From Sediminibacterium sp. (GTDB lineage Bacteria; Bacteroidota; Bacteroidia; Chitinophagales; Chitinophagaceae): a stretch of 64,000 bases of DNA. The stretch spans positions 76-64,075 of the forward strand of contig JAOASM010000008.1 in assembly GCA_030158665.1 (NCBI GenBank), in the 5' to 3' direction. Below the pieces are notes generated by a model. The model was not told where the DNA came from. It ran no database searches and saw only the letters and a list, made by a program, of their open reading frames with translations. Shown one piece after another: positions 40,099 through 50,200 of the stretch (position 1 is the stretch's first letter; every line of letters begins with the position of its first letter). The position numbers and the translations under genes were made by a program.

Positions 40099-41474
40099 AA
40101 TACCTGCTTAGTAATGCACTTTTTGCATTAGATCTATTTGGACTAAATGTTCTCTTTTTTGTTGTATTACTTTTTTTTCAAAAATCACTTAGTGCATTCA
40201 ATTTTACTCCCTACATTCAATTATGGGTGATGACAAATTTAATTTGGGTCATTGTTGCTCTTGCTGTTGGATTGTATGGTAGTTTGCTAGTTTTAAAATT
40301 TGAATTATTCGTAAAACGTACTTCTCAGCTGTATTTAATTTGGGTCATGTTGATACTCTTATATTTAGTGGTGATTAGAGAAGTAGCTTTTTCAAGAACG
40401 TTTATTTTAATTTTATTAGTCTGCTTCCCTTTAATTCTAGGAGTCAATAGATTTTCGTATTTCGCCATCCATAAATACGTCAAAAAACGAGGTACTTATG
40501 TTAGCAAAATCATTATCGTTGGTTATAATGACATGTCTAAAAAGCTAGCTAAATATTTTGAGGAAGAGGGAATTAACACTGAATTGATTGGGTTTATAGA
40601 AGAACCATTGAATGTGCATGAATTGACAAATTACCCAATTTTAACGAATCTCGACAATGCCATAGAAATCGCTAAAAAGATGCAAGTCCAAGAAATCTTC
40701 TCTACCATTATGCCTGAACAAAATGCCATCATCTATCATTTAATGCATGAAGCAGAAAATAGTTGTGTTAGGTTTAAGATTATTCCCGATTTTTCTGTGT
40801 TCTTAAAAAAGCCCGTTGTAGTAGATTATCTCAGTGATATGCCAGTATTGGCATTAAGGGGAGATCCATTAGAAGACATGGGTAATAGAATCAAAAAAAG
40901 AATATTGGATTTAATGGTTAGTACGACAGTTTTACTATTTATTTTATCTTGGTTAATCCCGTTGATTGCCATTTTAGTCAAGCTAGAATCTAGAGGCCCC
41001 ATTTTTTTTCGACAACTTAGAAGCGGCAAGAATGATAAGCCATTCTTCTGTCTAAAGTTCAGGAGTATGCGGATGAACGATGCAGCAGATCAGGTTTCGG
41101 CTACCAGAGATGATCCAAGAATTACTAGAATTGGCCGGTTTTTGCGAAAATCAAGTTTGGATGAATTTCCGCAATTTATCAATGTGCTTTTAGGTGAAAT
41201 GAGTTTGGTTGGACCAAGGCCGCATATGTTAAAACATAGTTCTGAATTTTCTAAGATGGTCGCTCATTATATGTCAAGGCAATTTTTAAAGCCTGGAATT
41301 ACTGGCTGGGCTCAAATCAATAGTTATAGAGGTGAGATTAGATCTCAAGAAGAGATAGAGGGTAGAGTGGCCAGTGATCTTTGGTATTTTGAAAACTGGA
41401 CAATTTGGTTAGATATCAGGATTATGTTTTTAACTGTTTATCAAGTTATCGCAGGGCATAAAAATGCCTATTAA
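40083..41474 (+). CDS. Undecaprenyl-phosphate sugar phosphotransferase (WcaJ-like)
   Basis: KFRSM, DPRIT..G.FLRKSSLDE.PQ, VGPRPH, KPGITGWAQ. Confidence 0.9.
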   Translation: MQKGLKYLLSNALFALDLFGLNVLFFVVLLFFQKSLSAFNFTPYIQLWVMTNLIWVIVALAVGLYGSLLVLKFELFVKRTSQLYLIWVMLILLYLVVIREVAFSRTFILILLVCFPLILGVNRFSYFAIHKYVKKRGTYVSKIIIVGYNDMSKKLAKYFEEEGINTELIGFIEEPLNVHELTNYPILTNLDNAIEIAKKMQVQEIFSTIMPEQNAIIYHLMHEAENSCVRFKIIPDFSVFLKKPVVVDYLSDMPVLALRGDPLEDMGNRIKKRILDLMVSTTVLLFILSWLIPLIAILVKLESRGPIFFRQLRSGKNDKPFFCLKFRSMRMNDAADQVSATRDDPRITRIGRFLRKSSLDEFPQFINVLLGEMSLVGPRPHMLKHSSEFSKMVAHYMSRQFLKPGITGWAQINSYRGEIRSQEEIEGRVASDLWYFENWTIWLDIRIMFLTVYQVIAGHKNAY

Positions 41475-41526
41475 TATTGTATAAGTGAGCCTATTTGCTT
41501 GCATCATTTCCATTAAAAATTTCATT

Positions 41527-42780
41527 ATGAATTATACACATCAAGTGGCTGTTATTGGACTGGGTTATGTTGGATTGCCACTGGCATTGGAATTTTCAAA
41601 AAAATATCCTGTAGTTGGTTTTGATATAGATCAAGAAAGAGTGAGAGAATTACAAAATGGTCATGATCGAACTAAGGAAGTCGAAGCCTCTGATTTAATT
41701 TCTGATATCTTATTTTCTTCAAATCTAAAAGATATTGGTCATGCCAATACTTACATTGTTACTGTTCCTACGCCAATTGATCATTTTTACAAACCCAATT
41801 TAGTACCTATTTTAAAAGCAACTGAAATGATAGGGGGGCTTTTAAAAAAGGGAGATATTGTAATTTATGAATCTACAGTTTATCCTGGTTGCACAGAAGA
41901 AGACTGCGTGCCTTTATTAGAAAAAACAAGCGGTTTAATATACAATCAAGATTTTTTCTGTGGGTACTCTCCAGAAAGAATTAATCCCGGTGACAAAGTC
42001 AACACTTTAACAAAAATCAAGAAAGTCACATCTGGCTCTACAGAAGAGATTGCTCAAGTAGTGAATGATTTTTATAAATCCATCATTATAGCAGGTACCC
42101 ATTTGGCCCCAAGTATCAAGGTTGCTGAGGCTTCAAAGGCGATAGAAAATGCGCAAAGGGATATCAATATTTCTTTTGTCAACGAGCTAGCTTTGATTTT
42201 TGATCGTATGGATATTGACACGAATGATGTATTGGATGCTGCGTCTACAAAATGGAATTTCTTAAAATATAAGCCTGGATTAGTTGGAGGGCACTGTATT
42301 GGAGTAGATCCCTATTATCTAGCTCATAAGGCAGAGTCATTGGGGTATCATCCTCAAGTGATTTTATCGGGCAGGAGGGTTAATAATCAAATGGGACAAT
42401 TTGTAGCAAGTAAAGTGATTAAGCTAATGATTCAAAAAAATCTCAAAATCAATGGTTCTAAAGTTTTAATCAACGGCTTTACATTTAAAGAAAATTGCCC
42501 TGATATCAGAAATTCAAAAGTCATTGATATATATACTGAATTGAAGGCTTTTGGACTAGAAGTGGATGTCTATGACCCTTGGGCTGATCCAATCCAAGTG
42601 AAAAATGAGTATAATATTGATTTAATTAAAACACCCAATAATGGCTATGATGCAGTGATACTGGCAGTTTCACATGATGCATTTAACGATTTAGATATTC
42701 CAATAATTATAAATGACAATGCGGTTGTTTTTGATACAAAATCGGTTATGTCTCGGTGTACTGTAGATGGAAGACTTTAG
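41527..42780 (+). CDS. UDP-GlcNAc/GalNAc 6-dehydrogenase (TviB/WbpO-like)
   Basis: GLGYVGLP, ESTVYPG, PGLVGGHCIGVDPYYL, FKENCPD.RN. Confidence 0.9.
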   Translation: MNYTHQVAVIGLGYVGLPLALEFSKKYPVVGFDIDQERVRELQNGHDRTKEVEASDLISDILFSSNLKDIGHANTYIVTVPTPIDHFYKPNLVPILKATEMIGGLLKKGDIVIYESTVYPGCTEEDCVPLLEKTSGLIYNQDFFCGYSPERINPGDKVNTLTKIKKVTSGSTEEIAQVVNDFYKSIIIAGTHLAPSIKVAEASKAIENAQRDINISFVNELALIFDRMDIDTNDVLDAASTKWNFLKYKPGLVGGHCIGVDPYYLAHKAESLGYHPQVILSGRRVNNQMGQFVASKVIKLMIQKNLKINGSKVLINGFTFKENCPDIRNSKVIDIYTELKAFGLEVDVYDPWADPIQVKNEYNIDLIKTPNNGYDAVILAVSHDAFNDLDIPIIINDNAVVFDTKSVMSRCTVDGRL

Positions 42781-42802
42781 TTAGATAATAGGGATCAACT
42801 AA

Positions 42803-42824
42803 TTTACTGATAAGTATCAGTAAA
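42803..42824. promoter_or_regulatory. Palindrome at the end of the EPS locus
   Basis: TTTACTGATA-AG-TATCAGTAAA. Confidence 0.45.
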
Positions 42825-43071
42825 AAAAATAACATATATGCATAATATTACAATGCGAAAGACGTTTATCTGATAGTAGAATTTCATACCCCCCTTTGTT
42901 TTATACCCCCATTTAGATTATTACTCATTCGGCAATTTCCCCCGCCCCAATTTCAAACTCCCCTTTGTTAGTATTGGCATGTCAATGTCAATTAAGAAAA
43001 GTTTTAAATAACTTTTTTATTGTAATTGGTATGTCTAAAATGTATCACTTCATTCACAAAATTAATTTTCT

Positions 43072-44082
43072 ATGAAAAAAATTCTACTTATTGAAAAGGA
43101 CGAGGATATCAGATCAAATCTTGCTCAAGTTCTTGAGTTGGTAAATTACGAGGTATTTACCGCCGAGGATGGTCATCATGCAGCTGAATTGGCTAAACGT
43201 GAAACACCTGATATGATTATATGTGGCTCATTGCTTCCATTATTAGATGGGTATGGCTTATTTCAGGAATTACAAAGCCATCCAGCTACCCAGCATTCCA
43301 AAGTGTTATTCTTTACACCAAAACAATTAAACGGAAATGGACATGCTAACGGCCATGTGGATACTTCAATTCCAATGAGGCAACAATTTACTTTTTCTGA
43401 AAAACCAATTGCTGAAATTTCAGAACCAGTCACTGAAGTCATTCGTTTGAATGGAGTGGAAGATGTGTTAGATGTATTAATTAAAGACAGGGATATTTTA
43501 TACTATAAAAAGAAACAAATCATATTCTCAGAAGGGAATTGTTCTAGGAATTTATATTTCGTCAAAAAGGGCAAGGTGAAAATCTATCAAACCAATGATA
43601 TAGGCAAACAATTGGTTGTGGATTTGTATGCAGAAAATGATTTTATTGGGTATATCCCATTGATAGAAAACTCGAATTATACAGAAATTGCAGAAGCCTT
43701 AGAGGAAACTGAATTAATCGTTATTCCAAGGGGAGAATTTAATCAGTTGATTAAGACCAATCAACAAGTCATGGATTTATTCATTCATTTATTATCAAAA
43801 AGTGTTTGTGAAAAAAAATTACAAATGATTGGGTTGGCTTATAATTCTTTAAGAAAAAAAGTAGCAGATGCCTTGGTACGAATCAATGAGAAATACAACA
43901 AAGCGGATCTGCCAGAATTTAGAATTGATATCAGTAGAGATAATTTAGCAGCTATTGCAGGAACAGCTACAGAATCCTTGATTAGAACATTAACTGATTT
44001 TAAATCAGAAAAGCTAATCGATATCTCAAATAACTGTATTAAAATTTTGAACAAAAAAAGACTAGAGGATTTGAGTAATTAA
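43072..44082 (+). CDS. Degenerate-receiver + CRP/FNR family regulator
   Basis: REC-like N-terminus (IICG in place of IICD), cNMP-binding domain, HTH SRDNLAAIAGTATESLIRTL. Confidence 0.9.
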   Translation: MKKILLIEKDEDIRSNLAQVLELVNYEVFTAEDGHHAAELAKRETPDMIICGSLLPLLDGYGLFQELQSHPATQHSKVLFFTPKQLNGNGHANGHVDTSIPMRQQFTFSEKPIAEISEPVTEVIRLNGVEDVLDVLIKDRDILYYKKKQIIFSEGNCSRNLYFVKKGKVKIYQTNDIGKQLVVDLYAENDFIGYIPLIENSNYTEIAEALEETELIVIPRGEFNQLIKTNQQVMDLFIHLLSKSVCEKKLQMIGLAYNSLRKKVADALVRINEKYNKADLPEFRIDISRDNLAAIAGTATESLIRTLTDFKSEKLIDISNNCIKILNKKRLEDLSN

Positions 44083-44083
44083 T

Positions 44084-44119
44084 TTGACCAGTGTCATTTA
44101 ATAGTTTGACCTCAGTCAT
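44084..44119. promoter_or_regulatory. Tandem FNR/CRP-type boxes
   Basis: TTGAC-cagt-GTCAT (44084) and TTGAC-ctca-GTCAT (44106), 22 bp apart. Confidence 0.65.
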
Positions 44120-44154
44120 TTTAATTCATTTTGTTACCATGTAGCTTTATCATC

Positions 44155-44715
44155 ATGAAATTATATATAAAAAATATGGTTAGTCTTCGATGCAAAATGC
44201 AGGTTAAGACAGAGCTTGAAAAAATAGGTGTAGACCCAATACAAATTGAATTAGGTTGGGTAGAAATAAAAGATGACTTAACCGACAAGCAAAAAGTGAT
44301 TCTTAAAAACAATTTATTTGTAGCAGGCCTCCCATTGATCGAAGACAAAAAAATCGCACTCATTGAGGGCATTAAGAATGCGGTTATAGAAATGGTGCAT
44401 CATGCAGATGAGTTTCCGATTGTGAATTATTCGGAATACATAAAAAGTAGGTTGCATATGGATTATGTCTACTTGTCTAATATATTTTCTGAAATTGAAG
44501 GACGTACCATCCAGCAATTCATCATCACTCATAAAATTGAGAAAGTGAAAGAACTCCTGATGTATGATGAATATAATTTAACTGAAATCTCGTATAAGCT
44601 TAACTACAGTAGTGTAGCACATCTTTCTAATCAATTTAAAAAAATCACTGGCTTGTCTCCGTCTTGTTATAAAAAAATGAATATGAGTCGAACTGAAATT
44701 TTGGAAAATGTTTAG
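44155..44715 (+). CDS. AraC family regulator (YIKNMVSLRC type)
   Basis: HMA-like N-terminus; LNYSSVAHLSNQFKKITG. Confidence 0.9.
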   Translation: MKLYIKNMVSLRCKMQVKTELEKIGVDPIQIELGWVEIKDDLTDKQKVILKNNLFVAGLPLIEDKKIALIEGIKNAVIEMVHHADEFPIVNYSEYIKSRLHMDYVYLSNIFSEIEGRTIQQFIITHKIEKVKELLMYDEYNLTEISYKLNYSSVAHLSNQFKKITGLSPSCYKKMNMSRTEILENV

Positions 44716-44740
44716 TAGTTAAGCTTAAAACATCAGCAGT

Positions 44741-44801
44741 AAAATATACAAATCATTTAAGGACTTATGTAACAATAGCCTTAAATAAGTGGTCAACTTT
44801 G
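44741..44801 (+). promoter_or_regulatory. Promoter/operator motif shared with the ytxH upstream region
   Basis: AAAATATACAAAT-N11-TTATGTAACAAT-N18-AACTTTG. Confidence 0.6.
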
Positions 44802-44854
44802 TCATTATCTAACACATTTAAGAATGTGATTTTAAATATTTAAATAATCAAAAA

Positions 44855-46234
44855 ATGAAAAAATATTACTCAAAAATTGTTGCCCTATTTTTTGTTTCCA
44901 TTTTTGCAGTTTCGCAAATAAAAGCACAAGAAAATTCAGGAACACCTGTTAAATTATTCAATGGGACAAAGGAGTTTAGTACATGGTCAATTGGAGTGAA
45001 TGTAGGCGGAATGATGCCTATGTCAGCATTTGGTGGGAGAAATGATTTCTCGGAGTGGGAGACCAATTTTGGTTATGGCTTTTATGTTAAAAACCAATTG
45101 TCGCATGTATTTGCATTACAGGCCGATTTCATAGGTGGAAAATTAAGTGCAAACAACAACCGTTTATGGGCTGGCGTGCCTCCTCCAAGTCCATATAGTT
45201 CATATAAGACCGATGTGAATTGGTCTGCTAGCTTGAGTGCAGTTGCCACTTTAGGCAATATCAATTGGTCTCAAATGAATACTGCTATTAAACCGTATTT
45301 AAGTGTAGGAATGGGTTTAATTGGATATGAAGCCACATTGACCACTGTTGAAAATGTTGAAGTAAAAGGACATCCTGATGGGGCAGCATCCACTTTATTT
45401 ATTCCAGTTGGTTTAGGCTTCAAAGCAAGACTTTCACCAACTGTAAATTTAGATTTAGGGTATAAAGTGGGTTTTGTAGATGGGGATGACCTAGATGGCT
45501 ATTACAAGGATCCAATTGTGAATGATCGTTTTTCATATGCACATATTGGAGTAGAATTCGCATTACAAGGTAAATCAAAGACCCAATTAGCAAGACATAA
45601 TGCGCCAAGACAAATGTCCAAAGAATTTGCGGATCGTGATTATGCATTAGCAGAGGAAATACGTTTATTAAATACAAATATTGCTGCCAGAGATAATGAA
45701 ATAAAATCTTTAAAAGCGGAGCACGCGATCATGAAAAAAGATTCTGATGGGGATGGAGTAAGTGACAATTTTGATAAATGCCCTGGCACTCCAACTGGAA
45801 CAAGAGTGGATGGCGCTGGTTGTGCTTATGTAAGTAATATGATTGAGAGAACCGAAGCGGAACCTTCAAAAATGGAAATCACAACAGATGATTATAATGT
45901 CATTAAAGAAGCTTCTGAGCATTTACAATTTGAGACAGGTAGTGCAGTTTTAAAACCAGTTTCATACGCTTACTTACATAGAGTAGTAGATATTTTATTG
46001 AAGAAAAATTTGAGTATTAGATTGTCTGGATATACTGATAATGTTGGTTCAGATGCATCCAATCTAAAATTATCTAAAGCGAGAGTAAATACAGTGAAAG
46101 CTTATTTAGCAAAACAAGGTGTTGGAGAAGAACATGTTACTGCAATTGGATATGGAGAAGCGGATCCTATTGCAACCAATAAAACTGCGGCAGGTAGAGC
46201 AAAAAACAGAAGAGTTGAATTTGCTTTCTATTAG
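44855..46234 (+). CDS. OmpA family protein (beta-barrel, TSP3-like repeat, OmpA C-domain)
   Basis: DSDGDGVSDNFDKCPGTP, GYTDNVG, NRRVE. Confidence 0.9.
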   Translation: MKKYYSKIVALFFVSIFAVSQIKAQENSGTPVKLFNGTKEFSTWSIGVNVGGMMPMSAFGGRNDFSEWETNFGYGFYVKNQLSHVFALQADFIGGKLSANNNRLWAGVPPPSPYSSYKTDVNWSASLSAVATLGNINWSQMNTAIKPYLSVGMGLIGYEATLTTVENVEVKGHPDGAASTLFIPVGLGFKARLSPTVNLDLGYKVGFVDGDDLDGYYKDPIVNDRFSYAHIGVEFALQGKSKTQLARHNAPRQMSKEFADRDYALAEEIRLLNTNIAARDNEIKSLKAEHAIMKKDSDGDGVSDNFDKCPGTPTGTRVDGAGCAYVSNMIERTEAEPSKMEITTDDYNVIKEASEHLQFETGSAVLKPVSYAYLHRVVDILLKKNLSIRLSGYTDNVGSDASNLKLSKARVNTVKAYLAKQGVGEEHVTAIGYGEADPIATNKTAAGRAKNRRVEFAFY

Positions 46235-46327
46235 TAGTTCCATATCAGCTTGAAATTGGGTTGCGTTAGCTGTTATTGATGGATGTAAATTATAAGGTTT
46301 GTTTAAATGTAAGTTTGGTTAATTTGT

Positions 46328-46363
46328 GGGATTAGTAGCAAAAGTTACTAATCCCTTTTTTTT
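46328..46363 (+). terminator. Terminator after ompA
   Basis: GGGATTAGTAGC-aaaa-GTTACTAATCCC followed by a T tract. Confidence 0.8.
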
Positions 46364-46445
46364 AGGATTTTACCACAACAAATAAGAACTATAGTATGGC
46401 AAATATGCCATTGTTTTGACTCTTTAAATAACACATATTTGTGTT

Positions 46446-46691
46446 ATGGGGTATTTAGAAAATAGTCTATTAGACAGAGCAGATTTTGCTAAACGTGTTG
46501 GCTTAAAATTAAGAACCATACGACTTGAAAATAAAAAGTCTATCGAAGTGGCTGCGTTTGAAGCAGGTATGGATTATACCCAACTAAGCAGAATTGAGTT
46601 AGGAAAAATAAACACTAGTTTTTTCCAAATCTATAAAATATCAAAATCATTAAACGTTCGGATGGTCGACATCGTGAATGATCTGCCTTAA
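46446..46691 (+). CDS. XRE family HTH regulator (paralogue of 9709-9939)
   Basis: Y.QLSRIELGKINT...Q.YKISKSL is shared with 9709. Confidence 0.9.
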   Translation: MGYLENSLLDRADFAKRVGLKLRTIRLENKKSIEVAAFEAGMDYTQLSRIELGKINTSFFQIYKISKSLNVRMVDIVNDLP

Positions 46692-46816
46692 TATGTTTGG
46701 GGAAACATTTAGGGCATGGATGAGTAAGCGGGCCTTATCTTCATTTGGCCCGTATTTATTGAATAGAATACGAGTAATAAAATAATAATCCTATTTTTGG
46801 GTCTAATACAAAGTAT

Positions 46817-46981
46817 ATGGGATTCGCAATCAATAAAAAAATAGCAGATAAGAAAACTGCATCTAATGCAAAAACCAATGTGCAAGCAGGCGGCAGTTCA
46901 AAATTTATCGCAAAAGCAAGCACCAAGTCATCTGGGGCAAGTAAAAAACCAATAAAAACAGGTGGATCAAGAGGATCTTGA
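46817..46981 (+). CDS. Small basic Lys/Ser/Gly-rich protein (54 aa; below the ORF-track cutoff)
   Basis: MGFAINKKIADKK...SKFIAK...KKPIKTGGSRGS*; TATTTTTG -7-type box upstream and terminator downstream. Confidence 0.7.
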   Translation: MGFAINKKIADKKTASNAKTNVQAGGSSKFIAKASTKSSGASKKPIKTGGSRGS

Positions 46982-47018
46982 TTGATAGACCACTATAAAG
47001 ACCTTATTCCAAGTAAAA

Positions 47019-47049
47019 GGAGGATTTCAAAGAAATCCTCCTTTTTTTT
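47019..47049 (+). terminator. Terminator after the small ORF
   Basis: GGAGGATTTC-aaa-GAAATCCTCC followed by T8. Confidence 0.85.
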
Positions 47050-47242
47050 ATGCCTTAAAACAGGAAACTCAAGAATTATTTTTTATAAAATATAAATAAA
47101 TAATAATATGTATATGCCTTATTTACTATTTAATACGTCTAAATACTAACAATAGTTACAGAAACTAGGATTAATGTTAAGTTTTTGTTAACGCTGTTGA
47201 GTTTTTTTTCATAACTTGAATGCTTAAGTAAAACAAAAACAA

Positions 47243-50200
47243 ATGAAGAAAATTGTAACATCTCTTTTCTTAGCTGTTTTGTGTAGTATCATAACAGCTA
47301 ATGCTCAGGTTCGTCAAGTAACCGGATCGGTGAAAGATGACAAGGGTGTAGCTGTTGCTAGCGCAACAGTAAAAGTTAAGGGCCAAAATTCAGCCATCAT
47401 AGCTGATGAGAATGGCGCATTTAAAATTAATGCAAGTGCCACTGCAGTATTACAAGTTAGTGCGGTAGGTTTCGTTAGCACAGAAGTGTCTGCGAAATCT
47501 GCGGTATTGAACGTGGTTTTAGTTCGTCAAGAAAGCGAATTAGAAAATGTAGTCGTTACTGCACAAGGAATTCGTAAGAAATCCAAAGAAATTGGTTATG
47601 CTTACGCAAAAGTTTCAACTGATGAAATCAATGTTGGACGTTCACCACAGTTAGCTCAAGCACTTTCTGGTAAAGTATCTGGTTTAGCAGTGTATAACGT
47701 GAATAACAGTGTTGATCCTCAAGTTAAAATTGTATTACGTGGTTACCGTTCTTTAACTGGTAACAACGAAGCTTTGATTGTATTAGATGGTATGCAAACT
47801 ACCTCTACAGTATTGTCTTTGATCAACCCTAACGACATCGAAAACGTAACTATCTTAAAAGGTGGTCAAGCGGCTGCTTTGTATGGTTCTGCGGGTGTGA
47901 ATGGTGCAATGATCATTACCACTAAAAAAGGTACAAAAGGCAAGTTGAAAGTAGCTTTTTCTAACGCTACTAACTTCGAACAAATTAGCTTCTTACCTCA
48001 GTTCCAAGATAAATACGGTTCTGGATCTCACTATGCAACATCTTATGGTGGTGCTGGATACAAGACTGATTATTTAGCTAGAATGGCTGATAACTGGAGA
48101 CCTTTTGAAAACCAACAATATGGTGATGCCTTTGATGGTCAAGACCGTGTAGTTGGTCGTGTTACAGAATCAGGTGATAAATTAGTTATCCCTTATGCTG
48201 CATTGAAAAATGCAAGAAGAAATTCATTTGATATGGGTGTTTCTACCAACAATCAAGTAAGTTTTACAGGTGGTGATGACAATGGTTCATTCTACTTATC
48301 TGCAGAAAATCAAAAAATCAATGGTATCGTTCCTGGCGATAAGAGTGAAAGAACTGGTATTCGTTTAGCTGCTACTAAGACTTACAATAAGTTATCAGTA
48401 GGCTACAACGCAAGTTACTCTCAAGCAACTTATGACAGAACAACTTCTGACTTCTATTATAATATCATGAACACTGCTGCGAACATTCCAGTAGATAGAA
48501 TGAGAAATTGGAAAACTGATCAATTTGCGAATCCTAATGGATACTATAATGATTACTACCAAAACCCTTATTTCTCTGCTGATAATTATCGTACTTCTTA
48601 CCAAGATGCAAACATCTCTGGTACAGTTGAATTAAATTATAAAGCAACAGATTGGTTGAACTTCATGGAGCGTGTTGGTGTTATGAACAACTCAAGAATT
48701 CAAAAATCTTGGACTGGCAAATTCATCTATTCTGATTGGGCTAAAAATTCAGCATATGTTCCAGCTCCTTGGGATTATGCCAATGATTATGATGGTATTG
48801 ACCGTGCAGGTACTGATATCTTAGGTGCAGTTAGTGATTATTCTAAGACTGAGAATGTATTGAACAATGAATTCCAAGCGCAAATGAACAAAGCTTGGGG
48901 TAAATTTTCAAACAAATTGGTTTTAGGTTATTCTACTTACCAGAGAAAAACTAAAGAAATGTCTGTAGGGTCTAATTCAGTAGTTGTACCAGAAGTATAC
49001 AACGTATCTAACAGACAAGGTGAATTAACAGGTTCTGAATACAATTCTACTGAAAGAAAATATGGTTATTATGCAGATTTAACTTCTACATTTAACAACT
49101 ATTTGACTTTAGAAGGAATCTTCAGATACGATTATTCTTCTCGTTTCTATAAAGCAAATCGTGAGTTAAGCTTATATGCATTCCCTTATTATGGTGTGTC
49201 ATTGGCTTTCCAAGCAACTGAAGCTTTCCCACAAATCAAAAGCTGGGTGTTAAACGATGCTAAAGTTCGTTTGTCTTACAACAAGAATGGTAATGACAAC
49301 ATGACTTTATATGGTTTAGATTTAACGTATCCTAACGCTGCTGGTTTCCCTTACGGAAATACAGTTGGTTTAACTGTTGGTAATACATTACCAGACAATG
49401 GATTAAAGCCTGAGTTTGTAACAACTTATGAAGCAGGTACTGAATTGTCTATGTTTAACAACAGAATCAATTTAGAATTAACAGCTTATTCTTCTCAATC
49501 TAAGGGTCAAGTAATCACAGTTAAAGTTCCTAACACAACTGGTTTCAACAACTTGTTGATCAATGTGGGTGAAACTAAGAACTGGGGTTATGAAGGAGAT
49601 TTAAAAGCGCAAGTCATTAGAAATGGTGCTTTCAAATGGGATATCGGTATCAGATATTCTTACAATGACAACAAAGTTGTAAGCTTATATCCTGGTATTA
49701 ACTCATTCTTTATGAGTGGTTACTCTTATGCATCTACAAACGTAGAAGTTGGTAAGAGCTTCCCATTATTGAAATCTTCAGGTTACTATTATAGCGCTAC
49801 AGGTGCTAGAAGAGTTGATCCAACAACTGGTTATCCATTACAAAATACAGCAATGGTAGATAGAGGTAGTACTTTAGCTAAGCATATGGCTGGATTTAGT
49901 TCTAAGTTCGGTTACAAAAACTGGAACTTATCAATGAACTTGGAGTACCGTGGTGGAAACGTAATGTATTCTGGTATTGGTCGTGATATGACATTTACAG
50001 GTTCTGGTAAGTGGACAGAAAACAGAGCGCCTCATGTATTCGAAAATTCTTATTACTTAGTAAATGGTGTTGAAACACCTAATACAAGTTTGAATGTACG
50101 TGAAGCTGAATATAGCTTATGGGTAGACAACTATCGTTTTATTGCTGAGAACTTTGTAACAAAAGCATGGTTTATCAAGTTGAGAGATGTGAATCTTTCT

